From NCBI GenBank assembly GCA_965213925.1, contig OZ243927.1:2624001-2688000 (forward strand): a stretch of 64,000 nucleotides of DNA. Reading direction: 5' to 3'. Shown here piece by piece: positions 1-11,294 of this stretch (the stretch's first letter is position 1; every line of letters begins with the position of its first letter). The position numbers and the translations under genes were made by a program. Below the pieces are notes generated by a model that had not been told where the DNA came from, did not search any database, and saw only the letters and a program-made list of their open reading frames with translations. Source of the DNA: Trueperaceae bacterium (GTDB lineage Bacteria; Deinococcota; Deinococci; Deinococcales; Trueperaceae).

Positions 1-2898
1 GCAATTACGTCGAGGGCGATAGCCGCAGTTTCAGCAAAGAACTCGCGTTCGACAAAGGGGCGGTGCTGGCGTTTTTGCAGAGGACGCAGCCTCAGGCGTG
101 GCAGAAGTTAGCGGGTATTCACGGTCAGAGCGTAGAGGCTAAGCTGACGCAGCGGCTCTTTAAGGAACTCGACAACCGGGGCATGTTGGATGTGTTGCGG
201 CACGGCATTATTGATTACGGGGTGCGCTTTCAGCTCGCGTACTTTAAGCCTGCCTCGAGCCTGAACCCCGACGCGATGGAGAGGTATCGCCAGAACGTGT
301 TGAGCGTGACGCGGCAGCTTCACTACAGCGTCAAAGAGTCGCGCAAGTCGGTGGATTTGTTACTCAGCCTGAACGGGCTACCCGTCGCGACGGTGGAGCT
401 GAAAAATCAGTTCACGGGGCAAAACGTTTCTAACGCTAAGCGGCAGTACAGCCAGGACCGCGACCCGCGCGAGCTTCTGTTTCGGTTCAAGAAGCGGGCG
501 TTGGTGCATTTTGCCGTGGACACCGACGAAGCCTACATGACCACGCGCTTAGACGGCAAGAACACGCGCTATCTGCCCTTTAACCGAGGGCACGAGGGGG
601 GTGCGGGCAACCCGCAAAATGAGGGTAAGCACCGGACGGCGTACCTGTGGGAAGAGGTCTGGGCGAAGGACAGTTGGCTGGATATCATCGGCAAGTTCTT
701 GCACCTGGAGAGGCGAGACCTCACCGTGGACGGGCGCACGGTGCGGCGGGAGTCGCTGATCTTTCCGAGGTATCACCAGCTTGACGCGGTGCGCAAGCTT
801 TCGGGTGACGCAGAGCGGCAGGGCGCGGGGCAACACTATCTGGTGCAGCATTCGGCGGGGAGCGGCAAGAGCAATTCGATTGCGTGGCTGGCGTATAGGC
901 TCTCGAGCCTCTACAACGACCGTGACGAGCGCGTGTTTGATTCGGTCGTGGTGATTACGGATAGGCGCGTGCTGGATAAGCAGTTGCAGGACACGATTTA
1001 TCAATTTGAACATAAGCAAGGCGTCGTGCAGCGGATTGATAAGGGCTCTAAGCAGCTCGCTGAGACGTTGGCTTCGGGGTCGCACATCATCATCACGACC
1101 TTGCAGAAGTTTCCGTTCGCGGAGGTGCTAGATGAGGTGGGGACGATGCCCGAGCGGACGTACGCGGTCATCGTAGATGAGGCGCATAGCTCGCAGGGCG
1201 GCGAGGCGTCGAAGAGCATGAAGAGCGTGCTGGGCGTGTCTGAGGAAGTGGATGCAGGTGAGGTAGATGATACCGAGGACGCGGTTCGCGAGGCGATGCG
1301 CTCGAGGGGTCGGCAGGCGAACCTGAGCTTCTTCGCGTTTACAGCGACGCCTAAGCAAAAGACGCTGCAAGCCTTTGGCGTACCTGATGCTAAGGGAGAG
1401 TATAGACCTTTCCACCACTATTCAATGCGCCAAGCTGTCGAAGAAGGCTTCATCATGGACGTGTTGCGCAACTACACGACCTACAAGAGCTACTACCGCC
1501 TCTCGAAAGCGATAGAGGATGACCCGAAGCTCAACAAAAAGCAAGCAGCTAAAGCTATTGCCCGCTCTGTGTCGTTCCTGCCAGGCGTGCTCACCCAAAA
1601 GACAGAGGTCATCATTGAGCACTTTCGGCAGTGTGTGATGCACAAGATAGGTGGTAAAGCCAAAGCGATGGTCGTGACCTCTTCGCGTCCTCATGTTGTG
1701 CGCTATAAGGAGGAGTTTGACAATTACTTGCAGGAGCAGGGGTACACCGATATCCGGGCGCTCGTGGCGTTCACCGCGTTTACAGACCCAGAAACAGACA
1801 TTTCTTACAGCGAGCGTGATCTTAATGGCTTCGGCGAAGGGGAGCTACCGGAGCGCTTCGCGTCGGAAGCGTATCAGCTTTTGCTCGTAGCTGACAAGTA
1901 CCAGACAGGCTTCGACCAGCCGCTTTTGCACACCATGTATGTAGACAAGAAGCTTTCGGGCGTGCGAGCGGTGCAGACGCTCTCACGCCTTAACCGAACC
2001 CACCCCGGCAAAGAGGATACATTCGTGCTCGACTTCGCCAATAGCGAAGAGGAGATATTGGCGGCGTTCAAGCCATTTTTACGAAGAGACAACCCTCGCG
2101 AGCGGCGTGGACCCTAATGACCTCTATAGCCGCAAAACCGAGTTAGAAGAATTTCAAGTCATCTATGCAGATGATGTCGAAGCATTTGCGTCAGTATTTT
2201 TTAGACAGACTGAAAGTGGGCGCGACCACCGGCTTCTGAATGCTTATGTTGATCCTGCTGTAAGTAGGTTTAGAACGCTCGAGGACGAGAGAAGAGAGGT
2301 CTTCAAAAAAGACTTAACAAGGTTTGTTCGGCTCTATGCGTTTCTCGCTCAAATTATGCCCTTCAAAGATGCCGAGCTAGAGAAGTTCTACGCATATGCT
2401 CAGTTTCTAGCAAGCAAGCTGCCGCGCCGTGAAGGGGACGGCTTTCAGCTTGGTGACGAGGTTGCGCTCGAATACTACCGCCTACAAAAGATGAGTGAGG
2501 GCCGCCTCAATCTGGAGAACGAAAGCGCCCCCTTAAACCCGCTATCTGAAGCAGGAAGCCGTGCTGAGAAAGAGGTTGAAGCTAAGCTCTCGGAGATAAT
2601 TGATATTCTGAATGAGCGCTTCGATAGGGATTTTGATGATGGTGATAAGTACTTCTTCAATCAGGTTGAGGAGGACCTTGTTAAGGATGACGTGCTCGCG
2701 CAGCAAGCTAAAACCAATACTATTAGCAACTTCAGATATGGTTTTGACGAAGCATTTATAAGCAAGCTAATCGAGCGTATGGAACTAAATCAGGACATTT
2801 TCTCGTTAATTATGGACGACAGTACGTTCAGCAATGCGGTCCAAGAATGGATGCTGGAGAAGGTTTACCAACGGCTCAATAGACCTCAAGACGCATGA
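1..2898 (+). pseudogene. hsdR: Type I restriction enzyme R subunit (HsdR), starts before the window and is split by a +1 frameshift at the T5 run 2076-2080
   Basis: ORF 63-2117 has an ATVELKN nuclease motif, HSAGSGKS Walker A, IVDEAH and FTATPK. Removing one T at 2076-2080 reads PFYEETTLASGVDPNDLY and joins ORF 2107-2898. Confidence 0.9.
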
Positions 2899-3257
2899 TC
2901 TAAACTTGTTGGCTTTGCGGCTTTCGCTGGTCCTATCACGATCTCTTGCCGTGGTAACGTACTCGCTTCGTCCTCCACGGTTATCGTCACACGCTGCTCG
3001 AGCCTGCTCAAAAAGTGAAGCAGCCGCTCCACCGAGAAGTTCTTCAGTCTGCCATTAACGATGTTGGACACGTCCGGTTGAGCAATACCTAACACTTCGG
3101 CGGCGTGAGCCTGTGTCCAGTCTCGCGCCTCAATCACGTCATAAATTGCGCTGGCAAGCCTAGCTTTCAGCAACCGCTCTTCGGGATTGGGCAAGCCTAA
3201 ATCAGCAAAGACATTGCCGCTGCCTTTCGTGATGGCTATATCGTCTTTCTTACTCAT
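2886..3257 (-). CDS. XRE-family HTH antitoxin (HigA-like)
   Basis: GSGNVFADLG N-terminus and HTH TQAHAAEVLGIAQPDVSNI; overlaps the upstream toxin gene. Confidence 0.85.
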   Translation of the reverse strand: MSKKDDIAITKGSGNVFADLGLPNPEERLLKARLASAIYDVIEARDWTQAHAAEVLGIAQPDVSNIVNGRLKNFSVERLLHFLSRLEQRVTITVEDEASTLPRQEIVIGPAKAAKPTSLDHAS

Positions 3258-3597
3258 TGTCCGCATCCTCCTTAGCGCGTTTAAGCCGAGCACGTATCAC
3301 GTCTATATCAGGCTTCGGAGTGGCAATTCCCTGTTTAGACTTCTTTTTGAAAACATGCAGCACGTAAATGTAGTCTCCTAGATTCACTGCGTACACCGTG
3401 CGGTAGGTATCTTTGTCGTAGTCGATCCGCAGCTCTTGCACCCCGGATAAACCTTTGAGCGGTTTGATTCGTGGGTGAGAGAGCCCCCGCTGTACGCGGT
3501 CAAGGATAAAACCTGTATCATCCTGTACCTGTTCGGGCATCTCTTTGAGGTCATCAAGTGACGACCCAACCCATCTCACCTCTTTAAGTATTGACAT
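3250..3597 (-). CDS. RelE/ParE-family (Gp49/HigB-like) toxin
   Basis: WVGSSLDDL...GVQELRI...YRTVY...YVLHVFKKKS pattern; toxin-first gene order. Confidence 0.85.
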   Translation of the reverse strand: MSILKEVRWVGSSLDDLKEMPEQVQDDTGFILDRVQRGLSHPRIKPLKGLSGVQELRIDYDKDTYRTVYAVNLGDYIYVLHVFKKKSKQGIATPKPDIDVIRARLKRAKEDADNE

Positions 3598-3619
3598 ATC
3601 GTAGCCCTACCATAAATAC

Positions 3620-3641
3620 AATATAGTGAATTAACTATATT
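3620..3641. promoter_or_regulatory. Palindromic operator upstream of the TA pair
   Basis: AATATAGT-N6-ACTATATT inverted repeat about 25 bp upstream of the toxin start. Confidence 0.55.
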
Positions 3642-3789
3642 TGCAAACGATTAGTGAGGAAACGTATGCTGCTTTCGAGTTAGTTTCGTCGCTGCTAGCT
3701 TGTAGCACTGGGTGGTATCTATAAAGCAACTATATCGTAACCAGTAAGTAACCGCGTTGTACACGGCGTTTACTTGCTAAAGAGAGAAG

Positions 3790-4134
3790 ATGTCTATGCC
3801 TACCCGAACGGTTAAGATTTCCGAACGCCTTTATCAACGTGCCGCGCAACATGCCGATAAGCTAGGTATCTCAATTTGTGATTCGCTGGATCGGCTAGCG
3901 AGCGGTGGTGAACAAGCGGCAGACGTGCATTTCTCCGAGGCACTACTTTCTCAGCTAAAGGAGATGGAAGTCGAACTCGAGTTACAGCGGAAAATCTTTT
4001 CACATCAGCTTCACAGTGCTCTGTCAGGTATCGTAGCTGGACAGGGCGTTCTCGCGGAGAAGCTACAAATTGATCCTCAAAAGCTGTACTCAACCGTAAA
4101 TGCGATGATCCAAAGCGAAGAAAGCGAATTATAA
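3790..4134 (+). CDS. Small hypothetical protein, possible ribbon-helix-helix N-terminus
   Basis: TRTVKISERLYQRA resembles RHH starts; purine-rich RBS. Confidence 0.45.
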   Translation: MSMPTRTVKISERLYQRAAQHADKLGISICDSLDRLASGGEQAADVHFSEALLSQLKEMEVELELQRKIFSHQLHSALSGIVAGQGVLAEKLQIDPQKLYSTVNAMIQSEESEL

Positions 4135-4172
4135 GTTTCTCAGTTACACGTTTCTGAAGGGAGAATAAGCTA

Positions 4173-4784
4173 GTGGGCTACGGTACTGGCTATAAGCGTG
4201 GGATAACCCGGCGGATTGAAAAGAAAAGCGATCCGCTCACCCCTAGAGACTTGACGGATGTTGAAGCACTTACTCTCTTCCTCAACGGGAACCACAAAAC
4301 AGCACAAGCGACCCTTGAACATGTCGAAGGTGACTTCATGCTGCTAGCGGATTTCACGGAAAGTGACTTCCTGCTAATAGACGGAATTGGGAAAGCTTAC
4401 GCTAAAAAGCTAGCCAAGTGCATGAGCACTGTGAAGAGATCAATCGACAAGCATCTTGAGACTCGAGAACTAGTAGACTCCATTTTCTCCAAGCATGGAG
4501 TTCTTCCTGCGCATCAAGAAACAGAAGAAGAAGCAGTCACTAACGCTTTTAACCATCATGTTTTTAGTCGGTCTTACGATAAGTTACCACCAATGGCTCC
4601 GCTTCCTAAAACGTCTCAACAGCCTGATACGGTTAAGGAGACTCAGGAGCTTCAAAGTAAAAGAAAGGCGTTGTATAGCGCATTTTCAGAGTTTCTTGAT
4701 AGATCGATTAGAAAGGAAGATAAGCCGCTGTCTAAAAGCATTCTCGAAGGGATGCGCGAAAGGCTTCCGTCTGACCTCGGATGA
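4173..4784 (+). CDS. Hypothetical protein with a RadC-N-like helix-hairpin-helix motif
   Basis: LTDVEALTLFL...LLIDGIGKAYAKKL; no JAB domain visible. Confidence 0.45.
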   Translation: MGYGTGYKRGITRRIEKKSDPLTPRDLTDVEALTLFLNGNHKTAQATLEHVEGDFMLLADFTESDFLLIDGIGKAYAKKLAKCMSTVKRSIDKHLETRELVDSIFSKHGVLPAHQETEEEAVTNAFNHHVFSRSYDKLPPMAPLPKTSQQPDTVKETQELQSKRKALYSAFSEFLDRSIRKEDKPLSKSILEGMRERLPSDLG

Positions 4785-5348
4785 GATGGGGGCTTCTATG
4801 AGCCTGTTTTCATGCCTTTCCGCCTGTTAAGAAGCCGTCCTAGACGGCTTTTCCAGGTTTTGCATTAAGTAAAATTGGTCGGTTTTACCGTCTGTCACGC
4901 AAACTGACCGAGTCAATTCGCTCTATAGAAGCAGAGCGTGTACTTTGTTCGAAGCAGTCCTTCTTATTCGGACGCTAACCAACGCAAACGGAAGGGAGCA
5001 TACATTGAGCGCAAAGAACTGACGAAGCTGCGCTCGAGTGTTTGCAAAAACCAAAAACCGACAAAAATTTATCGGCCAAACAAGGGGTGACCATAACCTA
5101 AAACAGCAATATGTGTTAAGGTTCGCTCAAAGAAAAAAGGTCCGACGGACATCGGACCTCAATTTAGGACACCACGCGCAAAACAGCGTGCTACCCAGCC
5201 TGATCACCTGAAAGTGTAGCACATTTAGCGTGTGGCGTCCCGGAAAGGACGTCATGTTTTTTGATGCTGAGAATCTATGTTGTTTGCTGCTTCCTTGCAC
5301 TTCTAAAAGATCAACTCTAGTTACATCTGTTCCTGTGGGGAAAGCACA

Positions 5349-5546
5349 GTGAGTGCGGAGAAGCAGGTTCTTACTGTTGCGGATGTCGCCTTACTGTTAG
5401 GTGTATCAAAAGACAAAGTATATGAGATGGTGAGGGGTAATTTGATTCCTCACAAACGGATCGGACGCCGTATCATCGTCCCTGCAAAACCGCTCGACAA
5501 CTGGCTCAATAGCCCGGACAATTGGGAATCCTTCGACGCCTCATGA
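5349..5546 (+). CDS. Excisionase-like HTH DNA-binding protein
   Basis: LTVADVALLLGVSKDKVYEMVRGNLIPHKRIGRRIIVP; immediately upstream of the integrase. Confidence 0.85.
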   Translation: MSAEKQVLTVADVALLLGVSKDKVYEMVRGNLIPHKRIGRRIIVPAKPLDNWLNSPDNWESFDAS

Positions 5547-5569
5547 ATGATGGGACTCGGAGGTACGTC

Positions 5570-6703
5570 ATGGGTAGAAAAGGCAGAAACGGTAACGGTG
5601 AAGGCTCAATTTTCAAATTGGCGGATGGTACATGGCGTGGCTTCATCACGCTGGGCTACGACTTGAGAGGAAAGCAAGTCAAGAAATGGCGGCGGGGCAA
5701 GACACGCCGCCAGGTTTCCGAGAAGCTGAACAAGATCGCGGCAGAGTCAGGGAGCCGTTTAGTATCCCGCCCTGAAAAGGTGACGGTTGAAGAGTGGCTG
5801 AAGCGCCACGCGGAACTTCGCGGCAGAGAGGTTAGACCGCGCACCCGCGAGAATTATAAGCATTACCTCAGTAAAATTTTGCCCGCGTTAGGACACCTCG
5901 AGCTTCGAAAACTTACACCACTTCAGGTCCGAACCTTTTACAGCAAAATGACAGACGCAGGGTTAAGCCCTTCTGTACGTCAGCACATCCACCACTTCTT
6001 GAAAAGTGGCATGAAAGATGCGCTCAGGATGGAGCTGATTGAGCGTAACCCTTTAGAGGTTATAGACGCGCCAAAGGGCGGCAGAGTCGTTCAACCTCGA
6101 GTGTGGGAACCTGAGCAGGTTAGCGCCTTTCTCAAAGTAGCCCAAGGAGAAAGGTTTTATGGCGCGTTCTACCTCATGATCACATTAGGACTTCGTATAG
6201 GAGAGGTCTTAGCGCTGCACTGGTCCGACTTAGAAGAGGATCGTTTGAGCATCAGTAGAACTCTTGTGGTAGTTGGAAATAAAGCTGAGCTGGGTCCACC
6301 TAAAACGGAACGTAGTTACCGGACAGTCTATCTCAGTCAGGATGTCCTGAAGGTGCTCGAGCAGCGCAGAGAAGAACAGGTAATAGAGCGCAGTATTACT
6401 CATTCGTGGAAACCTAATGACCTGATCTTTTGCTCTACGGTGGGAACTCCGGTCAATACCCACAATTTCAGACGCACATACCGCCGTCTCGTTGAAAGGG
6501 CAGAGGTGCCGATGATCCGGGTCCACGATCTACGACATACGTACATCACGCTAGCTCGGGATGCGGGCATAGATGCCGAAGTCGTAGCGAACCGCGTAGG
6601 ACAAGATGTGCGCGTCACTATGCAGATTTACAGCAAAGTTACCGAATCAAGAAAACGCAAAGCAGCAAGGAGCTTGGAGGCACTTCTTCATGGCACTATC
6701 TAA
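5570..6703 (+). CDS. Phage/ICE-type tyrosine integrase
   Basis: GNGEGSI N-terminal arm-binding region, GLRIGE, HDLRH and terminal IY; GGAGG RBS. Confidence 0.92.
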   Translation: MGRKGRNGNGEGSIFKLADGTWRGFITLGYDLRGKQVKKWRRGKTRRQVSEKLNKIAAESGSRLVSRPEKVTVEEWLKRHAELRGREVRPRTRENYKHYLSKILPALGHLELRKLTPLQVRTFYSKMTDAGLSPSVRQHIHHFLKSGMKDALRMELIERNPLEVIDAPKGGRVVQPRVWEPEQVSAFLKVAQGERFYGAFYLMITLGLRIGEVLALHWSDLEEDRLSISRTLVVVGNKAELGPPKTERSYRTVYLSQDVLKVLEQRREEQVIERSITHSWKPNDLIFCSTVGTPVNTHNFRRTYRRLVERAEVPMIRVHDLRHTYITLARDAGIDAEVVANRVGQDVRVTMQIYSKVTESRKRKAARSLEALLHGTI

Positions 6704-6705
6704 CG

Positions 6706-7934
6706 GGTAGTGCTCCAGCGATTTCTTCCAAACTCAACCCGAATTATGCGAGGGTAGAAGAACTTGGAGGAAGAAGATGGGCAAGCAACGAAAGTCCTGG
6801 AGCCTAGAGGTCAAAGAGACCACCGTGTTATCGGTGCTGCGAGGCGAGGTCAGCGTGGCTGAGGCAGCCAGACAGCATGGGGTCAATAAGAGCCAGATTC
6901 ACACCTGGAAGGCAAACTTTCTCGAAGGCGGGCGTGCCAGGCTCGCTGGGAACAAGCCGGATAACGGACAGGTAACCTTAGAGCGCGAGAATGACCGCTT
7001 GAAGCGCATTTTGGCTGAGAAAGAGTTGGAGCTAGATATTTCGCGAAAAGTGCGGCGGCTCTGAGTATGGCTGAGCTGTTAGCGCTACGTCAGAGCCGAC
7101 CGGAGCTGAGTTTAAGACGCTTTGCCCAGTATGCCGGGATACCGGCAGCTACGTGACTTTGAAAAAAGCAGTGCTACAAGGCGTGCTCGCGAAGAAGAAG
7201 GGGACAAATTGCGCGAAGCCGTCAAGCACGTAGCGCTGCAACACCCGACTTATGGCTACAGATTTCTCTATCAGGAGTTGCGGGATCAAGGGGAGCAAAT
7301 AGGTCTGCACCGTGTGCGCCAGCTACTTGGAGACCTCGAGCTAAACCCACCACAACCGCGCAAGACGAGAAACCCCTCGCCGCAGGTCGTGCCGCCTCCC
7401 GAGTGGCCTGCTGGGAGACGGGTGCAGATTGACGCTACCCGTTTATCGCTCGCTGATGGGGTGTGCTGGGTCTATCACGTGTTGGACGTGCAACCGCGTA
7501 CCGTGCTAGCGAGCAAAGCCGTTAGGGGTCTGTCGATGCACTTAGCCAAAGCAGCCCTCGACGAAGGCATTGCCGTGTTGCGCTCGCAGAGTATCCGCAG
7601 CGCTATCCTCGTCCAGAGCGACGACGGCTCGGACTTCACCGGCGAGGTGTTTCAAAATGCTTGCTTGCGCCACGGTGCGTGGGTCAGATGCAAAGTCAGC
7701 CAAAAAGGCGGTATGGGCATCCTTGAAAGGCTCAACCGCACCTACAAATACTCGTTCGCTTTTAGGCATGACTGGCGATCACTCGCCGAAGTTCAACAGG
7801 CTCTACCTGACTTTCACTGCTGGTATAACCGCAAGCGGCGGCATTCAGCTTTGGACTACACCACCCCCTGGGCTACACTTATTGGAGCGGCAAACCCTCG
7901 CTTAGCCGCTTGAAGAAATTTTTGGAGCAGTACC
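6706..7934 (+). mobile_element. IS3-like insertion sequence (OrfA 6777-7064; OrfB ~7067-7913, frameshifted near 7140)
   Basis: Imperfect terminal IRs GGTAGTGCTCCAGCGATTTCTTC / GAAGAAATTTTTGGAGCAGTACC; 3-bp ACG target duplication at 6703-6705 and 7935-7937; HTH OrfA; DDE core (QIDAT, SDDGSDF, ERLNRTYK). Confidence 0.88.
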
Positions 7935-8073
7935 ACGGCACCTTTTCGGCACCTACAGAGGCTCAAATAAGTTCGTTATCGACCAACTCAGACCTAATAG
8001 GCAAATTCAAAAAGCGTGTGCAGCACGTTATTTCAGACTCTATCCGACTTAAACCAAAGAGCAGCCGGAGCAC

Positions 8074-8115
8074 TTCACACGCGAGGGGTCGCTGGTTCAA
8101 ATCCAGTACCGTCCA
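8074..8115 (+). other. 3' half of tRNA-Val(CAC): attachment (att) site, not an intact tRNA
   Basis: TTCACAC anticodon loop, GCGAG stem, GGGTC variable loop, GCTGG-TTCAAAT-CCAGT T arm, ACCGTCCA acceptor strand. The 5' half is absent and the fragment lies downstream of an integrase. Confidence 0.85.
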
Positions 8116-8140
8116 TTACGAGAAAGAGTGTTGGAGACGC

Positions 8141-8177
8141 AAGGAACGGGAGATAACTTATCTCCCGTTCCTTCTTT
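8141..8177 (+). terminator. Intrinsic terminator-like hairpin after the tRNA fragment
   Basis: 16-bp perfect IR AAGGAACGGGAGATAA / TTATCTCCCGTTCCTT followed by CTTTT. Confidence 0.7.
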
Positions 8178-8543
8178 TGCTACCTCTGTACCACAGTTTT
8201 GACCACAGTTGACTAAGAACTCCTTATTCGCAAGGCTATATTTAGGTCATTACGATGAGTTAAGCAAGAGCAGCAATTACGAGTTGCTTATTGATTTCGT
8301 AACTTGGGTTTCTCGACCTTTCCTCAATTTATTTACGCACGCCCAGAGAGGCAAAATCATTTTCGCTTCAATAGCCGCACATGCCTAAAGTGAGGACTAA
8401 CAGCTTTTATTCTTTCTCGACATAGCATAGCCGTGTGAGAATTTTTACGCTAGTGTAAGGGTTAAAATGCAGATCATCGTAATCTTGAAGGGTTTAGGCC
8501 TTCAAGGATATATAAAGTCACCTGCATCTAGTGAGGATAAGCG

Positions 8544-9296
8544 TTGCTACACCTTGAAGATTTGACGAAGGGTACGTTCATTAAGGGGCTTCTGCCCTCC
8601 GAGACCGTTACCGTTATAGATATGCAGTGGTTCGGTTCGGCTGCAGTTGAGCTTACCTATAAAAGACCTGATGGCAGTATCGGTGGCGAAATGGTTTACC
8701 GCGACCGCGCAGAGGCGTTCGAGCTGGTACAACCAGGACGAAACTGGGATATAGGCGCGGATGGTCGGCTTTTACGTCTTGCATCAGAGGCTTACCGTAT
8801 CCGCCTGGCCCATCTGTTTGACCCTCATTTAGCCGTTCACACCTCTCTAGTAGAACCGCTACCTCACCAGATTACTGCCGTGTATGAGGCGATGCTGCCC
8901 CGTCAGCCGCTGCGTTTTTTACTTGCTGACGACCCCGGCGCTGGCAAAACCATTATGGCAGGGCTCCTCATCAAAGAGCTTTTCGCTCGCGGAGATTTGC
9001 AGCGCTGTTTGATCGTCTGTCCAGGGAGTCTCGTCGAACAGTGGCAAGACGAGCTTTACGAACGCTTTCAGCTTCCTTTTGAGATCATGACAAATGACAA
9101 GCTAGAAGCTGCTCGCACGGGCAACTGGCTCGCAGAGGAGCCGCTCGTCGTCGCCAGGTTAGATAAGCTCGCGCGCGATGATGACCTTCTCGCTAAACTC
9201 GAGCTGACCGATTGGGACCTGATTGTGTGCGACGAAGCGCACAAGATGTCCGCGACCTTTTTCGGCGGAGAGATCAAGTATACCAAACGCTATCGG
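8544..9296 (+). pseudogene. N-terminal fragment of a SNF2-family helicase (defence-island type), truncated
   Basis: PLPHQ, LLADDPGAGKT and DEAH motifs; helicase-like sequence stops after TKRYR with no C-terminal helicase domain. Confidence 0.85.
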
Positions 9297-9578
9297 TCGT
9301 CTGATGCAGCCTTCGCCGTTGCCGCGCCGTCCGCCTCGTGCCATCCTCGCTCCTTTTCTTAGCTCGTGACCCGTTTTAGAAAATGTAAATTACAGGGCTT
9401 GGTCACGTTACGGTACGCTACTACGCTGTGTAGAGCCTTCTTCGTATGACGCGGCTCTCGCGAAAGATATCGCTCTCGCCTCCGCAGTGCTGCCAATCGC
9501 TCAAACAAGTGTAGCCGAATTCGACGCGAGATGGCTTGGACGCCTGACTTCATATCGTCCCCTCAGGTTGCCCGATAC

Positions 9579-10615
9579 TCATACATCTGGTTCCTCGAGC
9601 TGCTGCTTGGCGTGGCGGATCGCGCTCTGCAACTTCGCCTCCAAAAGCTCACGCGGTGGCAAGACCGTCAGGTACTCCGCTACGTGAATGCCGCTCTTAT
9701 CCAATTCGAGCAACTCGATCTGCTCCCGCTTCTTGCCTGCGCAGAGGATGATACCTAAAGGCGGCTTCTCGCCCGGCTCCTGTTCGTAGCGGGCGAGCCA
9801 ACGCAGATACAGCTCCATCTGCCCCTTGTACTCCGCCTTGAAGTTACCCAGCTTGAGGTCGATGGCGACGAGCCGCTTGAGCTTGCGGTTGTAGAAGAGC
9901 AGGTTGAGGTAGAAGTCGTCCTGGTCGATTTGCAACCGCTTCTGCCGCGCTACAAAAGAAAAGCCGATGCCTAGCTCGAGCATAAAACTTTCCAACTCGC
10001 GCAAGATGGCGTCCTCTAAGTCCTTCTCCAAGTAGCGATCTTGTAAGCCCAAGAAATCCAAGAGGTAGGGGTCCTTGAGGAGCAAGTTCGGCGAGACAGC
10101 GCCGTGCTCCCTGAGGTTCGCTAGCTCTTCCTTAACCAGCGCCTCGGATTGCTTCGAGAGGGCGCTACGTTCATAGAGCATCGAATCAATGCGTTCCCGA
10201 AGCTGTCGCGACGACCACCCCTCCAGGCGGCTCAGCTCGGTGTAAAAGTCGCGCTTGAGAGGGTCATCTAAGTACATGAGGGTCCTGATATGCGTCCAAC
10301 TCAATTCTCTACGCACCGCGTAGAGAATCGCCTCGTCGGGATAGGTCTCGGCTAAACGTAGGCAGTGCCGAAGCTGCTGCTCGCTCCAGCCCCGTCCATA
10401 GACTTCACCCAGCCGCTCTGAAAGCTGCTTAATCACCTCTTTGCCATAGGTCGCCCGCTCGCCGGAGAGAACGGTTGCTTCAAATGCCGCCCCACCTGCC
10501 AGTAGAGCAAGGTCAGCTCCGCGTTGACCGATGCTGCCGCCCGCCGCCGCGCCGCGTCGATGAGCCCGCGTACCTTGGTGAATAACCGCTCGTTTTCGGG
10601 GGGTGATAAGCTCAT
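9579..10615 (-). pseudogene. YhcG/DUF1016 PD-(D/E)XK nuclease, frameshifted near 10480
   Basis: VNAELTLLYWQVG in one frame, then YGKEVIKQLS...LSWTH...KDPYLLDFL...GQMELYL in another. Confidence 0.85.
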
Positions 10616-11294
10616 ACTAAGCAAGTCCATCCTATTAAAAAGTCTCGCGTCATCCTTTGGTTGAGCTGTCGTAATAAGGCTTATGCTTGGGAAAGGCGGT
10701 TTTAACATCCATACTAGAGAGGATGACGGTGATAACCCTTGTCTTCGGTTTAAGCGCCATACTTGCTCCATCCTACTTGCTGCAACGCGACAAGCGCCAT
10801 TTCGAGATTAAGTTGCCCCGCGCCCAACTCAAAGAAGAACGCTCGCCGCTAGGCAACCCAGAGGGAGAGCACAAAAGGCGTGCTCTCCCTCTGGGAGATT
10901 TCCAGCGTATGAGGCAGTGATGCAGCTATAGGGACGTGTCAAGCCAAAAGGCAGGGCTTGACACTTATGCTACAATTCAAATTTTTGACGTTCTAGACGA
11001 GAAAAATTCACAAAAAGGGCTTGGCAAACTGCTTAATTTTTGGTAATATAAGAACAGTTAGCAAGCCTGACGAGAACCTTGACAACCCGCAGACCGACCG
11101 CGCCGCGCCGACCACTCGAGCGCCCAATTTTGCTCAGCTCTGGAGAGGCTGAGTAGGGATAACCGCTCGCGTTCCCAGCAACGCCAGTGCGCAAGGTCTG
11201 TAAACGGATATTGGAAAAGAAAGCGCCCAGGCTGCCTAACTTTGGTCGGTGAAACAGCCTGAGCACCCTACTACACACCCCTGTAAGGAGTGCT

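Noticed and set aside
5570..6703. This integrase as the recombinase for the 28-bp sites
   Set aside because: It is a phage-type enzyme with an excisionase and its own tRNA att site, about 38 kb from the array.
8040..8120. Intact tRNA gene
   Set aside because: No D arm, 5' acceptor strand or 5' anticodon stem.
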